In this document: positions 1 through 7,751 of the stretch, piece by piece | How the letters are laid out: each line of letters opens with the position of its first letter | How positions within the stretch are numbered: the stretch's first letter is position 1 | DNA from: Telmatocola sphagniphila | GTDB taxonomy: Bacteria; Planctomycetota; Planctomycetia; Gemmatales; Gemmataceae | DNA length: 32,000 nt | Direction: 5' to 3' | Assembly: GCF_018398935.1 (NCBI RefSeq) | Contig: NZ_CP074694.1 | Span: forward strand, 2,700,001 to 2,732,000 | The notes under the pieces: generated by a model | Told to the model about the DNA's origin: nothing | Seen by the model: the letters and a program-made list of their open reading frames with translations, nothing else | Database searches by the model: none | Program-made: the position numbers and the translations under genes

Positions 1-446
1 GTTTTGACGAGATTCTTCAGACCGGCGGGTGTTCCGGGCAGGTGCAGATCAGAGTGGACCTGCTCCAACATATCCGGATCTTTCATCATTTGAAGAACGC
101 TCTGGATATTCGCGGGAGTAGTCAACGAACGAAACACTTTGCGATAGCTCGGTTCATGCCGCAGCTTCCCTTCGGCCCGCCAGACCGGTTTACCAAACGC
201 GACAATCACAGCAGCCGCGAGGGCAGCCGACACCACGCACCAGGCGATGAACAGCTTTTGCCGTTTCAGGACCAGACGCATCAAGATCTGGAGGAAGGAG
301 GGCTGGACTTCCGCGGAAGTGGCGGCTTGCGCATTGTTGACGTAGACAGTCTGCGTATTGACCCGGTAGTTGCTCCACCCGTTGAGCCGTGCGGCAACCT
401 GAGTGGTCGTCGAACCGGTGGTGGCAATCGGTAATTCAGAAGGCAT
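1..446 (-). CDS. 5' part of a membrane protein gene that runs out of the window; possible Wzz/GumC-type chain-length-determinant N-terminus
   Basis: Absent from the ORF track because it has no stop inside the window. Reading the minus strand from ATG at 446..444 gives an open frame to base 1 (MPSELPIATTGSTTTQVAARLNGW...LKRQKLFIAWCVVSAALAAAVIVAFGKPVWRAEGKL...). It has one clear TM helix followed by a P-x-W/Y-x-A segment, as in Wzz-domain proteins. The family call rests on pattern only. Confidence 0.45.
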   Translation of the reverse strand, partial: MPSELPIATTGSTTTQVAARLNGWSNYRVNTQTVYVNNAQAATSAEVQPSFLQILMRLVLKRQKLFIAWCVVSAALAAAVIVAFGKPVWRAEGKLRHEPSYRKVFRSLTTPANIQSVLQMMKDPDMLEQVHSDLHLPGTPAGLKNLVK

Positions 447-926
447 AGTCAATCCAATGGTTAGCCGTCTATGAGGGTAACACTCCTCAGAATCTGAAGA
501 GTCGCGATATTTTATCCGAAACACCCTACTTGCTAGAAGAGCAGTTCAAGTATACTTCAAATTGCCCAAGCTGCACAATCGGTGTCTTCTATTTAATGTT
601 CGCAACCCAAAGCCTGTGATTTTTCCAAGCTAGGGATTTGGCCGAATTTAACGGTTTTGCCCGAGTTTACTGACCGAAATCCCCCGTTGGAAAAATCGCT
701 ATTATTTGGCTCTTTCAGCGGTATCACATTCGGGGAACGCGCTGGGAGCGCCACTTTGCGGAGAGTGATAAAAATACTCCAAGGCTGTAACTCCCGAGTG
801 GAACCGCGGCGGTATCCTCAAGAAGATTGACACGAAACGACTCCGACTTCGGAGCTGGTCAGATTCGAGATCGGACTCTCTGCCTTTAGAGCTTATGACC
901 CAGTGATACTCGAGTGGTGAAACTCA

Positions 927-960
927 ATGCGCTTAGGAATTCTGTCAGATACACATAACG
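927..960 (+). pseudogene. 5' fragment of a YfcE/MJ0936-type metallophosphoesterase gene, cut off by the IS insertion
   Basis: ATG at 927 encodes MRLGILSDTHN, the canonical motif I (D-x-H) of calcineurin-like phosphoesterases. The frame continues exactly into 2432.. once the IS and one copy of the duplication are removed. Confidence 0.8.
952..960. repeat. Left copy of the target-site duplication (CACATAACG)
   Basis: The identical 9-mer recurs at 2423..2431, directly abutting the other IS end. IS66-family elements classically make 8-bp duplications, so the ninth base may be coincidental. Confidence 0.8.
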
Positions 961-2422
961 GTATCAATTCACAGTCTGTCCAGTCGTAGCGACTTGCTCT
1001 TGCGCTTTAGCGGAGTTTTTGCCATACTCTGGTCATGGATATCGTAACTGAAGAATTGATCGCTCGCCAACCCGCCGAAGCTCAGGCGATCATTCGTTTG
1101 CTTTTGGCCGAGGTTGCCAAACTGAAAGAGCAGTTGGCGCGAAATCCGGGCAATTCTTCGAAGCCGCCTTCGACGCAACATCCCCACGCCAAGCTTTCGA
1201 AGCAAGCGCTTAAGAAGGCCAAGCGGAAAGCGGGCGGTCAACCGGGACATACCAAGCACGAACGCTCTTTGGTATCGGTCGATCGCTGTATCGAAATGAT
1301 CTCCTGCAAGCCGACCGAATGCCGTCGGTGCGGCGAAGCGTTGAGCGGAACTGACCCCCAACCCCTGCGGCATCAAGTGTGGGAGATTCCCGAAATCCAG
1401 CCTTCGATCACCGAATATCAACTGCATCGGCTGCCTTGTTCCTGCGGCAAGACGACCTGCGGCGAATTGCCGGCGGGCGTTCCTTCCGGAGCGGCCGGAC
1501 CTCGATTGATCGCTTTGTCGTCTCTTTTAATGGTCTGTTTCCGACTCTCCAAGCGACGCTGCGCTCTGTTTCTGGAACAGATCCTGGGTCAGGAAGCTTC
1601 CGCCGCCTGGATGGTCAAACTTCAGAACCGGGCGTCCGAAGCTTTACAGCAGCCGTACCGGGAATTACAGCAGGCCTTGCCTGGGCAAGCGGTGGTTCAG
1701 GGCGACGAATCTCCCACCAAAGAAGGTCCGATCAAGGCTTGGACCTGGACTTTTGTCGCTCCCCGATTCACTCTGTTCGCCTGTCGGACCAGTCGCAAGG
1801 CCGAAGTAGTTCGCGAATTTCTCGGCCCAGCGTACTCGGGCATCTTGAACTGCGACCGGGCCAAAATGTACTGGGCTTTCGGACGCCTGCAATGGTGCTG
1901 GGCCCATCTGATCCGCGACTTCCAGAGCCTGATCGACCGGCCTTGTTCTGTGTCGAAGCGGTTGGGCCGGGACTTGCAACGGCAAACTCGAGCGATGTTC
2001 GAACTCTGGAAACGCATTCGAGACGGGAGCCTGGAACGCCCGGAATTCCAAAAGCGGATGGTTCCGATTCGCTCGCAAATCGAAGCCTTACTCCTTCGAG
2101 GAAAATGCGACCGGAAAACGCGAGGCCTGTGCGCCGAACTCTGGAAGTACCGCACTCGACTTTGGACGTTCGTCGAAGTGGAGGGAGTCGAACCGACCAA
2201 CAACGCGGCCGAGCGGGCCTTGCGGCCGTTCGTCATTTGGCGAAAAATCTGCTTCGGCACGCAATCCGCTGCCGGAAGCCGTTTCCTCGAGAGAATGCTC
2301 ACGGTCATCGAAACCTGCCGACAGCAAAAACGCAACTGCCTCGCATTTATCAAAGAGGCTGTCCAGGCTCACTTCAACAACAAAACGCCCCGCTCACTCC
2401 TGGCCGGGGCGTGAAGGGGTAC
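961..2422 (+). mobile_element. IS66-family insertion sequence, single-ORF type (no tnpA/tnpB)
   Basis: The termini are imperfect inverted repeats: GTATCAATTCACAGTCTGTCCAG versus the reverse complement of the right end, GTACCCCTTCACGCCCCGGCCAG. They share GTA.C..TTCAC...C.G.CCAG. The element is flanked by the direct repeat CACATAACG, contains one transposase ORF, and interrupts a reconstructable host gene. Confidence 0.85.
1035..2414 (+). CDS. IS66-family transposase (TnpC-like, DDE)
   Basis: 459 aa. Hallmarks: an N-terminal coiled coil, NSSKPPS, GGQPGH, a Cys-rich zinc-ribbon stretch (CRRCG...CSCG), DESP, CWAHLIRDF, and NNAAERALRPFVIWRK. The stop lies inside the right IR. Confidence 0.9.
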   Translation: MDIVTEELIARQPAEAQAIIRLLLAEVAKLKEQLARNPGNSSKPPSTQHPHAKLSKQALKKAKRKAGGQPGHTKHERSLVSVDRCIEMISCKPTECRRCGEALSGTDPQPLRHQVWEIPEIQPSITEYQLHRLPCSCGKTTCGELPAGVPSGAAGPRLIALSSLLMVCFRLSKRRCALFLEQILGQEASAAWMVKLQNRASEALQQPYRELQQALPGQAVVQGDESPTKEGPIKAWTWTFVAPRFTLFACRTSRKAEVVREFLGPAYSGILNCDRAKMYWAFGRLQWCWAHLIRDFQSLIDRPCSVSKRLGRDLQRQTRAMFELWKRIRDGSLERPEFQKRMVPIRSQIEALLLRGKCDRKTRGLCAELWKYRTRLWTFVEVEGVEPTNNAAERALRPFVIWRKICFGTQSAAGSRFLERMLTVIETCRQQKRNCLAFIKEAVQAHFNNKTPRSLLAGA

Positions 2423-2431
2423 CACATAACG
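2423..2431. repeat. Right copy of the target-site duplication (CACATAACG)
   Basis: Identical to 952..960 and adjacent to the right IS terminus. Confidence 0.8.
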
Positions 2432-2886
2432 AGCTAGCAAGGACCAAGAACGCCCTACGGCTATTGCGAGATCAAGGTGCGGAGTCGCTCATACACTGCG
2501 GCGATTTATCGAGTGGCTCCATCGTGGAAGTTCTTTCGGTCCTCCCGTGCTGGTTTGTGTTCGGGAATCACGATGCCGATGAAGTCCCGCAACTCCAGCG
2601 AGCGGCCATGGAATTCGGCCCAGTTTGCCTCGGTTGGGGTGGCCTGATTGAGCTGGGTGGAAAGCGTCTCGGAATCGTTCACGGACATATGAGTTGGGAC
2701 CTGCGACGGCTGCTTGATCGGAAGCCCGATTTTCTATTCTCTGGACACGATCACTTTCCTAGCGACAAGATGTTGCGAAATGGGAGACGAATCAATCAGG
2801 GTGCATTACACCGCACTGATCAATACACGGTCGCTCTCGTCGATTTGGAGACCGACGAAGTCAAGTTTCTACCGTTATCAGAGTGA
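2432..2886 (+). pseudogene. 3' fragment of the YfcE/MJ0936-type metallophosphoesterase; the track ORF 2464..2886 is its in-frame tail
   Basis: Joining 927..960 to 2432.. gives MRLGILSDTHNELARTKNALRLLRDQGAESLIHCGDL...FGNHD...VHGH...GHDH. This carries the full GD / GNHD / GH motif set of the family. The TTG at 2464 is an internal Leu codon of the rebuilt frame. Confidence 0.8.
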
Positions 2887-2934
2887 AATTATCCGGATTT
2901 CGCCATATTTATTCTTTGGTTTACAGCGCTAAAA

Positions 2935-2950
2935 GCGCATTATAATGCAC
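2935..2950. promoter_or_regulatory. Operator-like palindrome 1 upstream of hipB (GCGCATTATAATGCAC)
   Basis: A 16-bp inverted repeat preceded by AAAA. It is one of three related boxes with consensus nCGCAyTnTArTGCrC. It contains a TATAAT hexamer. Confidence 0.55.
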
Positions 2951-2994
2951 TCTTTGCTTGATTATGCTCTGGTTTTCAGGAATAATGGAATAAA

Positions 2995-3010
2995 ACGCAC
3001 TTTAGTGCGC
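2995..3010. promoter_or_regulatory. Operator-like palindrome 2 (ACGCACTTTAGTGCGC)
   Basis: Same architecture, again preceded by AAAA. Its centre lies 60 bp from box 1. Confidence 0.55.
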
Positions 3011-3055
3011 ATATTGGATTTAATAGGTTGATTCTCAAAGGTTCTTGATCAAAAA

Positions 3056-3071
3056 GCGCATTGTAATGCGC
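3056..3071. promoter_or_regulatory. Operator-like palindrome 3 (GCGCATTGTAATGCGC)
   Basis: Perfect 6-bp arms with a 4-bp spacer, preceded by AAAAA. Its centre lies 61 bp from box 2. It ends 11 nt before the hipB ATG, next to a GGAG at 3073..3076. Confidence 0.6.
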
Positions 3072-3082
3072 CGGAGTTTACG

Positions 3083-3310
3083 ATGTCGCCTCAGGAAATC
3101 GGTGTGCAATTCCGCTCGCGCAGAAAATACCTCAAGCTGCGACAACGGGATGTAGCAGAGCTAGCTGGCGTCACACTCCGGGGGCTTACAGCCCTGGAAA
3201 AAGGAACTGCGAATCCCACCCTCAAACAGTTGGTCAAAATCGCCGATGTCCTCGGATTAGCTTTCCACCTCAGCGAGGGAACGAACCATGCAGCAAGCTC
3301 ACGTCTATAG
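3083..3310 (+). CDS. hipB: XRE-family HTH protein, HipB-like component of a tripartite Hip module
   Basis: 75 aa. It has a typical Cro/C1 HTH (LKLRQRDVAELAGVTLRGLTALEKGTANPTLKQLVKIADVLGL). It is first in the operon and overlaps the next gene by 23 nt. Confidence 0.8.
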   Translation: MSPQEIGVQFRSRRKYLKLRQRDVAELAGVTLRGLTALEKGTANPTLKQLVKIADVLGLAFHLSEGTNHAASSRL

Positions 3311-3614
3311 TAGAGGCATCCTCGCGGGGGTTCTTTCCAAGGACTCTACGGGATACCACTTTCAGTACCTCTCCGATTATCTCGCTCAGGACAGCCGGGA
3401 GTACCCGCCTATCAGCCTGAATTTCCCGAAACAGAAATCGGCGTTCAAATCGAACTTCCTTTTCCCGTTTTTCTACGGTCTGCTGGCTGAAGGAGAGGAA
3501 AAAGCTCTGCAGTGCCGATCACTCCGAATCGATGATAAAGACCACTTCGCTCGTCTTCTGAAAACCTGCGAAGCGGAAACCACCAGCGGAGTCACCGTGA
3601 AGGAGATTCCATGA
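3288..3614 (+). CDS. hipS: HipS-like protein (stand-alone HipA N-terminal subdomain)
   Basis: 108 aa. The start (AHVYSRGILAGVLSKDSTGYHFQYLSDYL) matches the HipA N-terminal 'couple_hipA' pattern. Its stop overlaps the next start (ATGA at 3611..3614). Size and position match HipS of HipBST modules. Confidence 0.75.
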   Translation: MQQAHVYSRGILAGVLSKDSTGYHFQYLSDYLAQDSREYPPISLNFPKQKSAFKSNFLFPFFYGLLAEGEEKALQCRSLRIDDKDHFARLLKTCEAETTSGVTVKEIP

Positions 3615-4612
3615 ACGGTTGCCCGTCGTGCTTCAAGTCGGGCCACAACACCTTCTGCACAAGTTGCAGGAAACGTCTCTTCAACGGGAAAAAAGTCTCG
3701 CACATACTTCCCTTCTCCCGACCGGCTTACAATGAGGCCAAGTTAAAAGTCACACCCGAGAGAATGTCGATATCCGGCATTCAGACCAAAATGTCACTGG
3801 TGCTGGAAGGCACGCAACTTAAGATGGTGGAATCCGGGGGACAATATATTCTGAAACCCATCCCTCTGGGGCAATTCCAAAGATTGGAAGTGACACCGCT
3901 AAACGAACACTTAACCATGCAGCTTGCCCGACAAATATTCGATATTGATGTGGCCGATAACACGCTGGTTCAATTCGAGGATGGGCAGCCTGCCTATCTC
4001 GTGCGCCGATTCGACGTGCAAGCCGACGGTCGGAGAAGCCTGAAAGAAGATTTCGCCCAGATCGGCAACTTATCCGAAGAGAACCGCGGGCAAAACTACA
4101 AGTACGACTTCTCATACGAAGAGATTGGTGAACTCATACGGCAGTACGTGGCCGTGCACGCCTTAGATCTCGAGCGATTTTTCACTCTGGTAGTTTTCAA
4201 TTATCTGGTGAATAACGGAGATGCTCATGCGAAGAATTTTTCGCTGATGCGCGATGAGAATACCGGCGAATATCGGCTTTCTCCCGCTTACGACCTTCTC
4301 AACACGCGATTGCACGTTCCCTTGGAATCCCGAACGGCCCTGGATCTTTTCAAGGAAAATTACGAAACAGATAGTTTCAAGGCGAATGGCTTTTATGCAC
4401 ACGATGACTTCGTCGAGTTTGCTCGAAGGCTGAATTTAGTCGAAGGTCGCTACCAGAGAATCCTCAAGAAATCGACCGACCGGATCGGAGAGGTTTTTGA
4501 GTTCATAGATAAGTCGCAACTTCCTGCCGATTGCAAGACTTTGTACAGAGAGCATGTGACCGCCGCAGCGAATGCGATTGGCTATTCCTTGGCCAGATCG
4601 CAAAAAGGTTGA
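3611..4612 (+). CDS. hipT: HipT-like Ser/Thr kinase toxin (HipA C-terminal kinase core) with an N-terminal Cys4 zinc-ribbon
   Basis: 333 aa. It has a Gly-rich-loop region MSISGIQTKM (compare the S-I-S loop of E. coli O127 HipT), the catalytic motif NNGDAHAKNFSL, and the Mg-binding SPAYDLLN. The N-terminus carries CPSC-x9-CTSC. Confidence 0.85.
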   Translation: MNGCPSCFKSGHNTFCTSCRKRLFNGKKVSHILPFSRPAYNEAKLKVTPERMSISGIQTKMSLVLEGTQLKMVESGGQYILKPIPLGQFQRLEVTPLNEHLTMQLARQIFDIDVADNTLVQFEDGQPAYLVRRFDVQADGRRSLKEDFAQIGNLSEENRGQNYKYDFSYEEIGELIRQYVAVHALDLERFFTLVVFNYLVNNGDAHAKNFSLMRDENTGEYRLSPAYDLLNTRLHVPLESRTALDLFKENYETDSFKANGFYAHDDFVEFARRLNLVEGRYQRILKKSTDRIGEVFEFIDKSQLPADCKTLYREHVTAAANAIGYSLARSQKG

Positions 4613-4676
4613 AGGCCACAGTTGTTTTAAGTCACCTTCGAGAGACGAGAACCTTCCAAATTCCTCACGTTGGGTT

Positions 4677-5333
4677 TTACGCCAACAACACCGGGAAAAG
4701 ATGATGGCGGACCGAGTTTAAATCGTTCAGTAACCGGTCGGGATGCGCTTTTTCGAGCGTATCCCAATCGTGCGAGCCGGTGGCAACCAACCAGACTTCC
4801 ACACCGGCGGCCCGAGCCGTTTCCAGATCAATGGTCATATCGCCGACGAAAAGTGTTTCCGACTTCTCTTTTGACAACCGATGCATGGCCGCGAGTAGCA
4901 TATCCGGGGCGGGTTTAGGATGCGGAACATCTTCCGGTCCCATCACCACCGAGAAAAATTCGGCAACGTTCAGCGAGTTAACCAGCTGGCGGGTAATCGC
5001 CTGCGGTTTGTTGCTGCAGACTCCGGATGGAATGCCCTCCTCTTTCAATCTCTGAAGGAGTTCGATCGCTCCCGGTAACAATCGGGTATGCGAGAACATC
5101 ACCGAGGGATGATGTTGCCGATAAATCACGGCGTTTTCCTCCGGATCACTATCCGGGAGCAGGTCCTTCATCAACTGTTGGAGGCCGAAACCGACCTTGG
5201 TCCGCACGATCGATTCCGGCAACTCCGGTTTGCCGCGATAGTGCAGCACGTGATTGACGCTGGCGGTGATGGCGGCGTAACTATCCGCCAAAGTGCCATC
5301 GAAATCAAATAGGACACAACGATAGGGATTCAT
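4677..5333 (-). CDS. HAD-superfamily hydrolase, phosphoglycolate-phosphatase-like
   Basis: 218 aa. It has motif I FDFDGTLADS, motif II SNK, and motifs III/IV K...GDMTIDLETARAAG. Confidence 0.85.
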   Translation of the reverse strand: MNPYRCVLFDFDGTLADSYAAITASVNHVLHYRGKPELPESIVRTKVGFGLQQLMKDLLPDSDPEENAVIYRQHHPSVMFSHTRLLPGAIELLQRLKEEGIPSGVCSNKPQAITRQLVNSLNVAEFFSVVMGPEDVPHPKPAPDMLLAAMHRLSKEKSETLFVGDMTIDLETARAAGVEVWLVATGSHDWDTLEKAHPDRLLNDLNSVRHHLFPVLLA

Positions 5334-5350
5334 GATGCCATTCTAGGAAT

Positions 5351-5387
5351 GAAAAGAGAGACGCTTCCGATGGGAAAGTCGTCTCTC
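5351..5387 (-). terminator. Stem-loop with T-tract after the M50 gene; possible intrinsic terminator or attenuator
   Basis: On the minus strand, GAGAGACG (5386..5379) pairs with CGTCTCTC (5362..5355). An inner imperfect extension (GGGAAAG/CTTCC) adds to the stem, and TTTTCATT follows. It lies only about 17 nt before the HAD ATG, so read-through into that gene is also possible. Confidence 0.4.
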
Positions 5388-5409
5388 CAGAAATAGTTCG
5401 ACAGCGCTA

Positions 5410-7653
5410 TTATCGCAACAGACCCACATCCAGCGCGGTAGCGATATTTCGCCAGATATACCACGCCCCGGTCTTCCAGGCCGTGTGAATTTTCACCGTC
5501 GCCAAAGTGCCCGGCACGACGGCTTCATCGGGATCGAGGAGTTTCACATCGACGAGATAAGTCTGAACCAGTGGTTCAATCTGGTTCTGCTGGCTCGTCG
5601 GCTTGATGGCCAGACTGCCGCCTCCCTTACTCGTCAGACCCACCGGTACATCCTTTGCGGGAGCCTCCGGAAGATGGGTTATGACCCCTTTCATGATCCG
5701 ATCGGCTCGGCCGGCCACGCGGATGGAAACCTCGAGTTCGTGGTACTTCTGCAAATGCTCGGCCAGCAGCTGATAATCGAGCGGGCCGACCGGAACCAGA
5801 ATTCGCAATTTCGAAGGATCGCCAATCTTGCAGAGGGCCTTCTGATCCGACCTCTCCCACATCTTCAGATATTCGTCTTGATGCGGAATCCCCATCACCA
5901 CACCATCGCGCGGGGCTTTGATCGCATTGAGTGCGCCAAGTTGTTCCTTCAGAACCCGGGCCTGATCGCGATATTTCTTCTCATCGTTCGTCGATTGAGT
6001 GAGATTGGAATTCCACTGCGAATAGGCATTTTGCGAGTCGGGAGTTTTCTTGACCGGAGCCGATTTCAAGGCGTTCAAGCGATCGTGATAGACGCTGGCC
6101 TGCGCTTCGGAAATCAGATAATCCTCTTCCATTTTCGGATTGGTGAACTCGGCCAGCAGCTGCCCCTTCAGCACGCGCTGACCATCGAACACCGCGACCC
6201 GTTGCAGAAAGCCCGAATCGGCCGGATAGACCGGTATCAGCGCATCTTCCTGGAACTGAATCAGCCCCTTCTCCCGAATGCGGCTGACGGGCAACGGCAC
6301 CAGGAACAAACCTGCCAAAAGCGATGCACAGACCAGCAGCGTGACGGCCACTCGTTTGCGTTTCATGTCGGGTAACCTCCCTCGCTGACGAATATTTTTT
6401 GCAACCCGGAACATCGGCCAGAAAATCATGGTCGCCACCGCGGCGAAGGCCAGAATTAAACTTAACGATTGCAGTTTGTACGGTTTTAACCATCCGGACA
6501 AAAACCAGATGATGCTAAATGTCACGATCCAACGGTAGATGTAGCTGGTGACAGCATAAGTAACGAACAGCACTTTTCGGCTGGGGGCCATGTAGGGTTC
6601 GGGGGGCACTTCGATACCCAGACAGGTCTCGTTGAAAGCGTTCATCAGATAGCGATTGGAACGCTCGCGAAGATTCGGCACTTCCAGCCAGTCCGCCAGG
6701 ATGTAATAGCCGTCGAACCGCATCAGGGGATTGGCATTGAAGACGAAAGTGCTGATACTGCAGAGCGTCATCAACGACAAAGCCAGATTGTTGACGAAGG
6801 GCCACATCGGCGTGTACCACCAGACGAAGGTCGAGGTGGCCGCGATGATCAACTCCACATAGATTCCGGCGAAGCTGATGATGATGCGTTTCCATTTATC
6901 CGCCAGCGTCCAGGAATCGGTCACGTTGCAATAGAGCGCGGGCGAAAAGCACATTAATAGTGCGCCCATTTCGTGACATTCGCCCCCGAAAGCCTTACAG
7001 CTCAGGCCGTGCCCGAACTCGTGGATGACCTTGACGATCCCCAGCGAGATCCACATGTAAACGACGGTCTTGGCGTTGAAGAACTCGTTCTGAGCCGGCA
7101 ATTTATCCCAGAAAATTGACCACTTCATGGTGATCAGGGCGATCGCGGCCAGCATGTAGGCAATGCTGACGACCAGGAACCATTTGGTGAAAATCCAGGA
7201 GAGGTTTTTGTACAGGACGTTGAGAATGCGATCCGGATCGAAGACGGGCAGCTTGATGTAGAGGATATTCGTGATGCCCATCAGCTTCTTGGTGAGCCGA
7301 TTCTTCCGCCGCTTCTGAAACAGATGCCGACCGGCCAGGGCCGATTCGTGATTGACCAGACCACTGGTCACGAGTTGTCGAGCGAACTGTTCCAGATCTT
7401 CCAGCGTCAGTCGGTGCGGACGAAATTCCGTTTCGAAATTGGTCCGCACATCTTCCAGCGTCCGTTTTCCGTCCAGGAGCTGGAAAACGTAATATTCCTG
7501 ATCGTTGAATCGATAGTATTTCAGACCGACCGGATCTTTAACGACGTGGTAGATTTTGCCTTCGTAGCGTTGTCGGCTATGAACCAGATCGGCCCGGACG
7601 CACAGGCGCACCTGCTTGCGGCGTTCGGCATCTGGCACATATGTGGTATCCAT
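5410..7653 (-). CDS. M50 (site-2 protease family) intramembrane metalloprotease with a PqqD/RRE-like N-terminus and a C-terminal HlyD-type adaptor module
   Basis: The zinc motif IHEFGHG is encoded at about 7006..7026, and the second S2P motif is NPLMRFDGYY. After a late TM helix (VAVTLLVCASLLAGLFLVPLPV) come a lipoyl-like half, a coiled coil, a second half (IKAPRDGVVMG) and a beta-barrel. The track starts at TTG 7656; ATG at 7653 is more likely. Confidence 0.8.
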   Translation of the reverse strand: MDTTYVPDAERRKQVRLCVRADLVHSRQRYEGKIYHVVKDPVGLKYYRFNDQEYYVFQLLDGKRTLEDVRTNFETEFRPHRLTLEDLEQFARQLVTSGLVNHESALAGRHLFQKRRKNRLTKKLMGITNILYIKLPVFDPDRILNVLYKNLSWIFTKWFLVVSIAYMLAAIALITMKWSIFWDKLPAQNEFFNAKTVVYMWISLGIVKVIHEFGHGLSCKAFGGECHEMGALLMCFSPALYCNVTDSWTLADKWKRIIISFAGIYVELIIAATSTFVWWYTPMWPFVNNLALSLMTLCSISTFVFNANPLMRFDGYYILADWLEVPNLRERSNRYLMNAFNETCLGIEVPPEPYMAPSRKVLFVTYAVTSYIYRWIVTFSIIWFLSGWLKPYKLQSLSLILAFAAVATMIFWPMFRVAKNIRQRGRLPDMKRKRVAVTLLVCASLLAGLFLVPLPVSRIREKGLIQFQEDALIPVYPADSGFLQRVAVFDGQRVLKGQLLAEFTNPKMEEDYLISEAQASVYHDRLNALKSAPVKKTPDSQNAYSQWNSNLTQSTNDEKKYRDQARVLKEQLGALNAIKAPRDGVVMGIPHQDEYLKMWERSDQKALCKIGDPSKLRILVPVGPLDYQLLAEHLQKYHELEVSIRVAGRADRIMKGVITHLPEAPAKDVPVGLTSKGGGSLAIKPTSQQNQIEPLVQTYLVDVKLLDPDEAVVPGTLATVKIHTAWKTGAWYIWRNIATALDVGLLR

Positions 7654-7701
7654 CAAATTTCTTCCCGAGTTCCGTCGGCCATCCCTGATCTACTGAGGCA
7701 G

Positions 7702-7729
7702 AGCCCGCAACCGCATTGCGGCGCGGGCT
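7702..7729 (-). other. GC-rich intercistronic hairpin between the WD40-adaptor and M50 genes
   Basis: In AGCCCGC AA CCGC ATT GCGG C GCGGGCT, the outer 7-bp and inner 4-bp arms are perfectly complementary. No T-tract follows on the minus strand, so it is not a classical terminator. Confidence 0.5.
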
Positions 7730-7751
7730 AAACTTGATACTTTCGATGAAA

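Noticed and set aside
42-434. Track ORF of 130 aa on the plus strand (and 190..378 on the minus strand, in another frame)
   Set aside because: It is Arg/His/Gly-rich with no motif. It lies antisense to, or out of frame with, an open minus-strand frame from ATG 446 that has a convincing TM helix.
827-854. TTGACA hexamer (827..832) and a CTCCGA/TCGGAG mini-hairpin (841..854) in the 480-bp region upstream of the phosphoesterase gene
   Set aside because: There is no matching -10 element at 16-19 bp. The hairpin has a 2-4 nt loop and no T-tract. This is not enough to call a promoter, terminator or RNA element.
969-2437. Alternative-frame and antisense ORFs inside the IS (969..1427 -, 1379..2437 +, 1665..2078 -, 1697..2353 -, 2088..2372 -)
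   Set aside because: They are all shadowed by the 459-aa frame, which carries the full set of IS66 transposase motifs. Their compositions (R/S/P-rich) are typical of off-frame translation. I saw no slippery site suggesting programmed frameshifting.
2891-2898. ATCCGGAT palindrome just after the phosphoesterase stop, reminiscent of the E. coli hipB operator half-sites (TATCC/GGATA)
   Set aside because: It is a single 8-bp palindrome without the spacer of true HipB sites. The locus has its own much better triple palindrome family. It is most likely chance.
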